Shown here: positions 52,673 to 64,000 of the stretch, piece after piece
Layout of the letters: each line of letters begins with the position of its first letter
Position numbering within the stretch: the first letter of the stretch is position 1
DNA from: Podarcis bocagei
Lineage: Eukaryota
DNA length: 64,000 bases
NCBI GenBank assembly: GCA_964188305.1
Contig: OZ076893.1
Reading direction: 5' to 3' (one strand)
Position numbers and translations under genes: made by a program
Notes under the pieces: model-generated
The model's database searches: none
What the model saw: the letters and a program-made list of their open reading frames with translations, nothing else
Told to the model about the DNA's origin: nothing

Positions 52673-55361
52673 ACTAGTGCAAAAGGGACAAGCAAGTTTA
52701 AGACTTTAAAAAGATCATAATTTAAGAGAGCTTCTTGTGAACTTTCAGAAAATTACCCATGCCAAAAAGGCTTGAAAACATAGTACTGAAAAGCTAAGAG
52801 CTCTATCCAGTTCACCAGGTATTAAAAATATCTTTCCCCCCCCCCCTTCAGATACTAGGAGCTGTATCTACCTTGCTCCAAAGTAGAAAGCCATGATCAA
52901 GGCTGCATACAGATAGTCCCCTGGGCCTATAAGAAATCTGATAAATTTCCTCCTGCCCACTAGAAAACAAACTGGAGCAAAAAGAGACCTGAGAGAGGAG
53001 CTTGAGAAGAGGGGAGTGGAGGTGCAGAACCTAAAACTGACTCAGGTGGAAGCTGCATCCATTCCAACTCAACATTTGTTCAGATGCAGCAGCAGTTTCT
53101 CCTACAGAAGTTAGCATAGCAATAAACCTCAGTTCAGTCTGATGGCAGGACTGGAGACATCAAGAAAGCTTCCCCTCTAGAGACCATCATTTTCCCACTA
53201 AGCTGAATGGGGAAAGAGAAAGGGTTTGCCACCACAGGAAGGCAGGAACACATCAACATCTTCTCCCTAGCGCCTGGAAAGTTGTGAAAGAGTGCTCTCC
53301 TCAACAGTTTGCCTGATAAGAGAGCACCCTCTTTGGATGCAAGAAGTAACTGATTGATCAAGCTCCATTAAGTACTATGGAAGAGAAGAGACCCCCCCCC
53401 CCAATTGCAGATGGCCCTCTTCATTCTTAAAACTCAATAAAGCATACCTGGAATTATGTAAAGGGTGGGAAAATCTGTATGAGGGACCAAGAAACTCAAA
53501 TGGCAAAATGATTGTACATGTGTAAACACTGTGTCCGAATATTGGTATATTTTTAGTCCGCATGTGTGAATGAGGCGTAGAAGTTGTGTGTTTTGTATGA
53601 AGACATGTTTCAAGTTCTAGGTTGTGTATGTGAATGGCATGTAAAAGTATGATCCTTTGTGTTTTTTGGTATGGTGGTACGTATATTTGGCAAGCATTAT
53701 GTTTACATGAATATGTTGTCTACTAACAAGCAGCTTATACATGTTAAATGCATATGGAAAGCTCCCTTTAAAATCCCTTTGGAAAGTGTTTGTGGTAATT
53801 AAGGCTGCCATAGTCCATGGGAAAGCAACTCAGTTACTAAAGGTGCTCACATTCCACCAGTAGTAAGGCACAATCCACCGTGCGCCATTATCTAGTCAAA
53901 TATTGACTACATATACACACTTTAGGAAACTGTGATTGACAGTGAGTCCCCATGGTATAATACATGCAGTATACACATAATTAAAATGTGAGTATGACTC
54001 TCATAAGAAGCAGTCCTGGTATAGAAGTAGTATACTGGCATGTACCAGCTAATTTCCATATTGTTTAATTTGGATCTTACATTGCCCCAGAACAACACAT
54101 GCTGATTGAAGAGAAAAGCCCCTTTAAACTCCCTTTAACACACTGCTTGGATCCCAAACTTACTTGTAAGTACATTCCCAACCTTTACATCTACCTTAGC
54201 CTAGCAGTTAAAAATACCGCTAGGTTATAAGCAGCTGAGGAAAAGAAATAATTGTCTTAACTGTTGCAAACTGACCCCGACATCATTAAACACTTGTTGG
54301 AAGGCAGCATGTGCACAATGCATACTATTAGATGTTCAGCTCAAGCTCCCAGTTTCATCTCATAAAACTGACAGCACTCGGGGAAATGCAGGCACTGGGT
54401 CTGAATTTTAACACGACTATTTAAATGCTGCACATAAAGTTTACAGACCTGTTTGTTTTAAAATAAGGGTAGAGTCTGACTCTGCTTTAAGTAGCATGCT
54501 AGAGGGGAGAAAGAGATGCAACAACCACAGCGCTTATTATTCATGAATGCTGGCCCTTAACAAGAATCCAATAGAGTAACAGACAGGCGCGTGCACAGAG
54601 CTTAAGATACAAAACGTGAAAAACTGCTTATGACAATGCGTTTTACAAAAATAGAACCGACTATTAATGTTAGGAATTATTTTTTCAAATTACATAATGG
54701 GAGTCGCCGTGAGGGAGAGGGAAGACTTGCTTCCATTTATGCATTCACAGATACAAACCTACTGGGACGGGAGTCAGGCAACTTAGTCCCTTCTGCTGCA
54801 ACTTCAGAATGCATGCTCTAGCAAAATGCTACGGTAGTTTTTAGGTCAACTCTTAAGGGGGGAAACCTGCGAGACCTGGGTTCGGTCACAGCCTCTGTGT
54901 AATGAGTTGTGGCAGCCTCTGCCTCTCTTGATGCATATATTTCTACCACTGTCTCTCACTCTCCCCACCCCCCCACCCCGGTAAAGACCTCTCCATTTTA
55001 AAATAAAGCCACAGATACTTGGAAGCTGCTGAATGGTTTTAGAGATGGCAGGAAGAACCATCGTCTACACTGCATATGGCAACACAAAATTATTACGGCT
55101 AGGTTTTGATGAAGCATTGGCTCAGTGGCAACCCTAACTATTGGTTGGCTCCACCAATATATTCCAAGCCTTTCACACTAGTTAATGACTTTCCATAGTT
55201 GTATCTTCTGGGAACACTGCTCATTCAACATCTCACTCTGGACGTACAGAAAATAGCCACATGCTTCCATTCCCACCACCCAGTAACCATACAGACTAGA
55301 AACTACAGTTTTCAAAAATAAAAGAGTTCCACAAAGCATGTTCTCATTAAAGGAGAGCACG

Positions 55362-56138
55362 TGTTGCGGATGGGGCCGAGCAAAGCACCCCATGGTTGCC
55401 AGGCAGGATAGATTGAAGGGGCTTGGATTGGATTGGCGGTCGGTGTTACTGGGGTAAATTTGATGTTGCCAATTTGGGGGTGGGAACAGAGGTTATTTAA
55501 ACAAGGTCCACAGCAAGCTGCTTTCTCTTTCGCTGTGGGCCCTCCCTTGATTGGGCTTGTGCTTTGACCTGGCTATGCCTGTCATGGGGTCGTCTGCATT
55601 GGTGCGGGGGCCTGGTAGGAATTTTTCCATTTGGCTGATTAGTGTGTGCCATTTGGTTTTTGCCTACTGCGTAGCAAATCGTCACAACTTGTAAGGTTGG
55701 CGGTTAGGCATTGGTTAAATTGGTTGGTGGAGGGGTATGGATTGGCTGTGCCTGCCCCTCCAATGCTGCTGCTGCACGGGAATTCCGTTAAAGGAATTCA
55801 GGGGCTTACCATCCTCTCGTCCAAACCCCTGGAATCCGGTGCGGGCCGCGTAAGCTCCTGGGAGCATGCGGGGAGAAGCTGAGGGTCTGTGTCACAGCTC
55901 CAGTTATCCCTGATCTTGTTCCTCCACACTGGCTTTCGCTGGAATTCGGGAGTCAGTGCTGTCCCCCAAGGCGGGGGGGGGGGGGACAGATAGTCATAAC
56001 CAATGCCTAAGCAGCCACTCACAATGTGTATGTTTAATAAAGTTGTGGCCAAAATTATGCCAAAAACCTAAAACAAAAATTATGTGTGATATGTGAGTTA
56101 TTGGGGTAGGGGTGTTTTGGGGACCTCAGCATGCAATG
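55362..56138 (+). mobile_element. Probable solo LTR (Gypsy/ERV-type)
   Basis: Abrupt GC-rich block of about 775 bp starting TGTTGCG; seven ATTGG boxes; AATAAA at 56036 (aataaagttgtggcc) about 100 bp before a degenerate end. No clean TSD, right boundary uncertain. Confidence 0.62.
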
Positions 56139-56774
56139 CAAATTGTCTGCAAAATACCCAATATCTAAATCCATGGTTGCACACTCATCTGATGGGCAGC
56201 AAACGAGAGAAAAAGCATAAACCGCAACCCCTGATTTTCTCTCGGTCCCATCAGTATGATGGACTGGTGTATAGCCATCACCAGCCTGAGGTTTTATAGC
56301 ATCTCACATGTGGTATAAGTTCAAGCTTATACTGGTAGCTGCCACCTAATGTTATCAACATTTATTTTACACAGAGCTTGCCTTACCACACTTTCTCTAC
56401 ATGCCATCAAATATCCACGTGACTCCAAATCAGCAGTCCTACCAAATGAATTTTTTCTTTGATAACTGCAGAACTTGACATGAATTCTCTAGCTCACAGA
56501 TAGATGCACTGCAGATATCTGTGATATTAGAAACTTTTTCTCCTATCAAACATATGATTGACATGGGAAAATAAATGCACTGGGCCCACCTTTTCCAACA
56601 AGGGAAGGGGTGGGAAAGTTTTACAAGTACACAATCTCTGGAATGCTGGTTCTTGCTGGAGTCTGGATACAGAGGAAAAATTGGACTGCCAGGTTTCAGA
56701 TATTACTTAGACACACACACGTCACCATCTCCTTGTGTACATGGGATGTATCAAACTAAGTTTCACTGAGAGTA

Positions 56775-57130
56775 AAGATAAAGATAAAGGGACCCCTGAC
56801 CATTAGGTCCAGTTGTGGCCGACTCTGGGGTTGTGGCGTTCATCTTGTTTTATTGGCCAAAGGAGCTGGCGTACAGCTTCCTGGTCATGTGGCCAGCATG
56901 ACTAAGTCACTTCTGGCGAACCAGAGCATCATACGGAAATGCCGTTTACCTTCCCACTGGAGCGGTACCTATTTATCTACTTGCACTTTGACGTGCTTTC
57001 GAACTGCTAGGTTGGCAGGAGCTGGGACCAAGCAATGGGAGCTCACCCCGTTGCAGAGATTTGAACCGCCGACCTTCTGATTGGCAAGTCCTAGGCTCTG
57101 TGGTTTAACCCACAATGCCACCCGCGTCCC
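56775..57130 (-). mobile_element. Sauria SINE, full length
   Basis: Reverse-strand copy from GGGACGCGGG head to tail; TSD tgagagta (56767-56774, 57131-57138). Confidence 0.95.
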
Positions 57131-58689
57131 TGAGAGTAGACACAATGAAATTAATGGACTTAAGTTAGTCATGTTCATTCATTTAAATGGGTCAACTCTA
57201 AACAGGATTAGCACTGGATACAACTCATGGTATGGGTGGACAATCCGCTCATAGAAGCCTACAGCTGTGTGTGGATTGTCCATCACTGAATTGTATCTCC
57301 AGTATGAACTGTTGGAAGTTCAGGGTCTCAAACCACAATACACTAGTAAAGCTCAATTTGTCAGCAAGTCTGTATATCACTGTCCCATCTGCAAGATCCC
57401 TTTATAAGATTACCTAATGCAAAAGGGGGAAAAGATTTGGCTCTGGAAGGAATTCTAACCATTAATATAGTACATAAATGAACTGCTGTTTTCTGTTCCT
57501 GATTATGTTAAATGTTGTTTATAAATGGTATTTTCCTCATTACTTTCGTGTCCTGGCAGGTGGCTTTCTCCTTCTCTTCCTTCTCCTCATAAGGGATGTT
57601 ATTGCTGTAACTTGGTCTAATAAAACTACAACTTTGGAGGAAAATGAAAAACTGAAAAGGCTTACAAGAGTTAGCAGCAATAAACCCATGGACTTCAATT
57701 AATTTCCAGTAAGAGATTGGTTNNNNNNNNNNNNNNNNNNNNNNNNNNNNNNNNNNNNNNNNNNNNNNNNNNNNNNNNNNNNNNNNNNNNNNNNNNNNNN
57801 NNNNNNNNNNNNNNNNNNNNNNNNNNNNNNNNNNNNNNNNNNNNNNNNNNNNNNNNNNNACAATCTGTATGCCTGAAACTCATCTTGAATATTTCTCTCC
57901 ACGCAACAAGGATCCATAGCTGATCAAGAGCCTAAAATGTCAAACTACGAGGAAGAAAGCCCAGTTTCCAGTCCATTTGACTGCGTTTTAATGGACCTCC
58001 TTCCAAGCCACTTCTGCATGGAAAAGTGCTGGCAAAAGAAAGGAAAACTAAGAGATCATGTGGTTATAATTATGACCAGGAAAGGAATATTTCTGCAGTT
58101 CAGCGGTGAAGTAAAACTCTNNNNNNNNNNNNNNNNNNNNNNNNNNNNNNNNNNNNNNNNNNNNNNNNNNNNNNNNNNNNNNNNNNNNNNNNNNNNNNNN
58201 NNNNNNNNNNNNNNNNNNNNNNNNNNNNNNNNNNNNNNNNNNNNNNNNNNNNNNNNNNNNTTTGATACAAAGATTTACTAGAAAAACTCCTAGCAGCATG
58301 TATGGGGCTTCTTACGCTGCTTTTGTGTGAAACAGCTGAGTATTTTCTGTATCTGCTTGAAGGCTGAAAGTGTTGCAGCATACAAGGCACCCAAAAGCCG
58401 TAATAACAAACAAATCAATAATCAATAAAGACATTGGTAAATGCTTTTCAAAACTCCACGCACCTCACATGGTGTGAGCCCATGGGTGCTTTATTAAACA
58501 ACATTCCAACATGAGTAACATTTTAGAAAAAGGCTATGGCTTATGTTGTGCATAATCGGAAAAATCTCTAGAAATGAAGCTATTCAACTAACCTCAAATG
58601 AATCTCCCCATTTCAGGAGCAACCTTCCCCCCGTTTTCTGCAGGGTATTCTCACACCCTGCCATGGTTTGCTTTAACCACGCTATAGTT

Positions 58690-58800
58690 TTTATCAGTTT
58701 TTAGCGTGTTTTTAATATTCTGTTGGGAGCAGCACTAGAGTGGCTGGGGAAACCCAGCCAGATGGCTGGGGTATACAGTAAATAATAAATTATTATTATC
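58690..58800 (+). mobile_element. L2 LINE 3' UTR fragment
   Basis: agagtggctggggaaacccagccagatgg...aataataaattattattat matches the 22266 tail. Confidence 0.8.
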
Positions 58801-61800
58801 AGTGCTAACCATGGTTTCTTTACTGGTTTAAAATATCGCAGTACTGCTGTTCAATTAGAAGTGTCCTTAACTTTTTCCAATAGGTTATAAAATTGACCAA
58901 ATGCTTCTGTACCCACAGTTTGAAACTCACTTTGAACACTGACTATGAGAGCAACTCTGGTTCGTGCCGATGTAGATATAATACTATCATAACTATCTCC
59001 TAACTGTGTCAATTAATTCATTAATTCAAAAGATTCAGAACAGTGTGCCTGCCCAAGATGTCCCATTGCTGCTGATGCTTCAAATAGTTACAATTGTTTT
59101 CTTCCACTTTATAAAATAGTAAAGGTGTATAATAATCAAAAGCAGAGGGTTTTTTGGTCAGGGAAAAACACAACATCTGAGATCTTCAGAGGGGTGGAGA
59201 TCTCAGTGGTGATCTGTATGGAGGGGGTGGTGATCTGTATGGAGTATTTTGAAATGCACTGAAATACCTGGCTGAGCTTTGCTTTTCCAGAAATAAATCC
59301 TTAAGTTGCCCTGCAGATGAGCCAGTGTAATGTCACAAGTTAGGCTATTATGCAAACATGTCAATCAGCTACATATCCGTGCGATCATCCAAGATTTAAT
59401 GGCAAATGCCATTAAAAACTGACAAAGCAAGAGAACATTTTGGGAAAACGTGTTCATTTCCTCACAACATATTTTCCAAACGCAGCCCACTAAAACATTA
59501 ACAGGATTTCATTTCTCCAAAGTAGTTAGAGACATTTCCAGAAAAAAGTAGAAGAAAATTCCATATATGGTTCCATATTTTGTCACAAGCAGTCTTTTTA
59601 TGAGGGTGTCAAAGAAGGAAAATGTAGTATATACAAGAGTCCAAAGAGTTAGACAGCACAAATACCAACAAAGAGATGAATCCACTTTACTAGAGATGAA
59701 AAATGTACTAATAATCAGTTTACCGCATATAATAAGCTTACATTACTATTAATCACCTTACAAAAGAATCCTTCAAACTAAAAGCTATACATTAGCTGCA
59801 ATGGGGGGGGGGGGGCTTTTTAAGTCTAAGTAAAACACGATCAATGAAAGCAGAATTTCCCCTTAGGATTTTCTTGAGACCCTCATCTAAAGATCCATAA
59901 GCAAGTATCAATAGAGCATAGAGCATGATCATTTCGTTGAGCAAAAGCTATTTAATTATTACTTCGCAGAATATGTAGTCAAATATACCAAAAGACTGAA
60001 TCATTCCTTAAACTGTAAAAACCAAGTTTTTTTTTCAAACCAGAAGCAAAAAAATAAAATAAAAAGGGAACCACTGTAACCAACAACATGCTATTAACCC
60101 CGTTATAGCTGTTCATTATAATGAACAGGTCAGATTTCCAACCTAAAATCTTGCTGGTTGAACTAAGGATTTAGCTACAAAACTCCCAGTGACTTAAATG
60201 TAGGGATCAGTGGCTGCTAAGAAATTCAGCGGATTAAGATTTTAACTATACACTCGTTTATGAAAGCAACTAGCCTGTAGAGATACTGGCCACAATCCAG
60301 AAGTGTGCATGCGCCAGATCGGCATGCACAAGCTAATTCCCATTTCAGTCCCTTCCTTCTGCCAAACTCCCACACCGTTTTCAAACTTCCGGAAGTTTTT
60401 TTTAAAGTGGCTTGACAGATCTGCTGTGTGGGTGGGGAAGACATTGTGAGGGGAAGCAGGGCTACTGGAATATAAATGGGCCGAAAAAATGGATTTGAGC
60501 TGAGGTCTGGTTCACAGCCTAACTGTCGTTTCATATGAAAAGTTTCTTTCAAAGAGCTGTGATTAGCTGGGAGCTAGTGTGGATTCCTGCTTATAAATAA
60601 GGCATCGTGGATATTAAAGGGTCCGTATTTCCGGAAGACGGTCATTCATCCATCAAACTGAAGCCCTCTTGGTTGAGGGAAAGAATCTTGGGAAGCTAGG
60701 AGGCCTTTGGGGAACAGAGAGAAATGGAAAGACGGGCTTTTTCTTCCTTCCAAATACTTGAGCTGGAGTTCAATCAGGTAAGGGTGGACTAAATATCTCT
60801 CACACTGTTCCAAGACAAGCAATATAAATGTAGGAATTCAGCATTACCTGTCTGCACAGCTGACTGTCCCACACCTCCCTGGTCCTCCGATTCATTTTCT
60901 TCTACTGTCAAGGAAAGGTAAAAAACAAACAAACAAAACGAAAAATGATCCATTAGGTAAGTGCCTTATTTGTATTCCAAACACATATCGCTACCTTCCA
61001 TTCTTAAGGCCATCAATGTTCCCACTCCATGACAAAGAGAAATTCTGCCTAACAAAATATCTATTTGAAAAGGAGCCAGGCTTTAAACTGAATCTCAATG
61101 CATCTATTTGTCCATTGGATAAGTGGCTTTATGGGACAACTAAAAAAATGTTGTGCATCAGAAGCCAAATAAATCCTTGCAGAAGGGAATCCGTCTTTGA
61201 CTGTGTTCTTACTTGAAAGCTCCATCAACCGTAGTGGCCCCTGTAAGCATAAGGGCAAGAGCATTCTTTAACCATCAATCTGGAATTTCTCTACCACTTA
61301 AAAAATATCAAAAATAAAATAAAATCTATCAGAATCCTAAGATCTAGGACTTTGAATACGAAAGTTATCTATCGAGTGTATGCATCACAACTGGGGAGTT
61401 GTCGCTACAGCTAGCCTTGCCATTTTGACTGGGCTATGGTCAGTTGCACTGTAGCTATTCCCGTAATTTGCATTTGGCTGTAGCAACAGTGTCAGGCACT
61501 AGAGCAATTTGTAAGGGATGTGACGCAAGATAAAGGAGAATTGCCACTCTTCCCCCCCCCTTTTTTTCTTTTAGAAAGACTCTTCCATCAAGCTCCAGCT
61601 CTAAATGGACAGGAGGAAGAAAACAGTGCTCTTCTCCCATTCCAAAGAGGTGACGATTTAAGGTTTAAGGAGTGGGGACTTAAAAGTTTATCAAGCTTCT
61701 ACTGAGGAGCAGTCTTAAAGTCTTGGCAAAAAATATAAACGCTTAGATATTTAAGTCTCACAGGCTGAATGTGATACTAGTAGGAATTTAATAAGACAAG

Positions 61801-62124
61801 GATTCCATAGAGGCATTATACATTAAGCGGTATTATTCCCTGGTACAACTTTTATGCTGCACTGTGATTTTAGCTACTCTATGGAAACAACCATTAAAAG
61901 AGAAATTGGGGGTGGAGTGGGATCTAATGGTAAGAGGATGGTGTTGAGCAGAGTGGGGAAACTCACACCTGAGATGTCCCTCCATACCTCTCTTTCTAGC
62001 CCTTGGGAATCTTTTCCCAGGCCATGTCCCACTCCAGCCCCTGCTCCATACATTCATTCTTTATGTACTGCCTCACTGGAATATAAGCTTGAACTGCGAG
62101 AATACCTCCTGCTTGCATGGATGC

Positions 62125-62149
62125 TGTGTGTGTGTGTGTGTGTGTGTGT
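62125..62149. repeat. (TG)n microsatellite
   Basis: Direct inspection. Confidence 0.95.
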
Positions 62150-64000
62150 ACAGTAATGGACAGTGCAGTGATGCTTACCTGACCTCTTGACAGCTGAGTC
62201 TTTGCAGCTTACCAGGTGAAAGAGTCAGGGGGCGGGGCGGCAAGTTGGTTGGCATTGTGCAAATGCGCCTGCAGGAGCCCTGCTGCTTTGGCACAGTGCT
62301 GAGCTCCCCACCACTTCGCCCCTCCCACTCTCTGCCCTGGTAAGCGGCAATGACTCAGTTTTCAGTGGGTCTGGTGAGCAGCCGTGTCTAACCACTGTGC
62401 ACAACTGTGTCAACCACTAACTTTAGCATGGCTGGAGGTGGCCTTCAATATAAAAGGTAAGAGTAACATCCATTATTCTGTCCACTTTTGCCTCTGGTCC
62501 AGCACTGGCAGGCAGCCACAGAAGGTTCTCCACGAGGGAACACAGCCCTTGTGCTGGAAAAGGTTCCCCAGCCAAGATGTAGAGCATTGTAAAATATAAT
62601 TAAGAAGATTTAGCCAGGGAGTTCCTGTCCTTGCCATTCTAACTCCCAGGATCCCACTTCAACCTGGGGCAGAGAAATCCCATTTATTTCAGTCCCACTG
62701 CACAAGCATGCATGTGCACATGCACAAATACACACACTTTTGGCCTGGGTAGCTTCTGTTCAAATATTTTGGGGTTGTCGCTGCCTGCCACAGCCATAGG
62801 ATTGCCATGCTGGGGGAAAGACAGCTGCAAGCTCTCTGAACCCATCCCAATCCACCACATCCATTCTCATCCACCTCATTATTTTGAAAAATGTTAAAAG
62901 GAGCATCACAAACAGCAGAAGTTGAAAGTGCCATGAGAAAAAAAGATGGAAAAGAACGCAGACTGTTTGGGGGTGAGGTCTCCCCATAGCAAGTGAATAG
63001 TGCAGGCACAGTCAATCTCTGTGTTAGCCATTTCCTGTTACCCTTTCTGAAAGGGCTGGGCAGTCTAGCAAGTCATTCAAACCTTCCCAAATCTCTTTGC
63101 CCATCCAAGAGATCTGGAGGAAGTGCAGAAAAGGCGGGTGAAGGGTTCCACTATGGTGGATTAAACTGTCTAGACTCCATCATAGCAAGATCAAGAGAAA
63201 TGGAGCAGCCTGTGACATTCAGAACCTAGTGGGGCTCTCTTCAGCTTAGGGGTCCCTTCCCAGAGATGCAGGTGAGGGAAACCTCCCCCTGAGACTAGGT
63301 TGCTTCAAACTGGGATGACGCACAGAAGCCTTCCTTGCCCTGGGAGTTCCTCTCTTCACGCTGCACAAAATTAGACTCAAGCGGTGGGAAGCTCTAATAA
63401 GAGCATTCAAAAAATAAATGCTGTGAGTTTGTCAAGAACAGTGGTGACATTTTTGGCATGCTTGGAGCAGTCCCACTTAGAAGAGAATTTAGCCCATTTT
63501 ATTCCAACAGAGTAAATATTCTGAAGTTCAGCAGGATCCAAAATTCACTTTGCTTCTACTTCTCTCCCACTGGTGGCTCCTGGGCACAACTAATTACTTA
63601 TTTTAACTCTTTCTTGATCGGTACTGTGATGATGAAACAGGGACAACAGTTGTTGCTGTTGTGCAAAATGTTTTGTAGTAGCTACTGAGCCAAATGTGTG
63701 GAAGCTGTTGGGTTTTTGGCCAGTAGGCACTGTGAGGCTCAACTCAGGCATACTGACAGACCATGGTTTACAGTTATGAGAGGGAGGAGCTATGAGCCCA
63801 GTGCTTCTGCACATTTGCCTCCCCATCACTTCTTTGAGCACAAGGGGAAGGGAATTTAAAGTTTTCAGTCATCACAATTTGTAACAAGGCAGTTTCCTAT
63901 TTCACCCAAGTATGGTTTTGAATGGAATGAAAAACTATGGACTGTTACAAACTATGGCTGAAAGCTTCAAATTTGTCTACCTGAGGGGCAGGCAATGTAC

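Larger units (their letters stand above)
51747..64000 (-). other. ZNF521: ZNF521 intron upstream of the visible exon (partial)
   Basis: Ends in a polypyrimidine tract plus AG at 51747. I did not recognise the MSRRKQAKPRSLK exon or a CpG-island promoter in the window. Confidence 0.8.

Overview
Vertebrate genomic DNA, most likely from a lacertid lizard (inferred from Sauria SINEs and squamate MITE/L2/CR1/Penelope families). It is a draft assembly with six N-gaps. The whole window appears to lie inside the minus-strand gene ZNF521. Only one coding exon is visible (51567-51746, 180 nt, phase 1/1, carrying the first, degenerate zinc finger); the rest is inferred intron. The introns hold tRNA-derived SINEs, L2/CR1 3' fragments, TA-flanked Tc1/mariner-superfamily MITEs, 8-bp-TSD hAT MITEs, a probable solo LTR and microsatellites. 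The most notable item is a 126-bp Penelope-like insertion with a 14-bp target-site duplication. It carries an intact minimal type I hammerhead ribozyme motif, antisense to ZNF521 and about 0.8 kb from the exon. Several repeat-free blocks have dense transcription-factor motif clusters (MYB/OVOL, PBX-MEIS-HOX) and are candidate conserved enhancers. I found no convincing new protein-coding system; nearly all listed ORFs look spurious. Repeat family names come from recalled consensus sequences, not from a database search.
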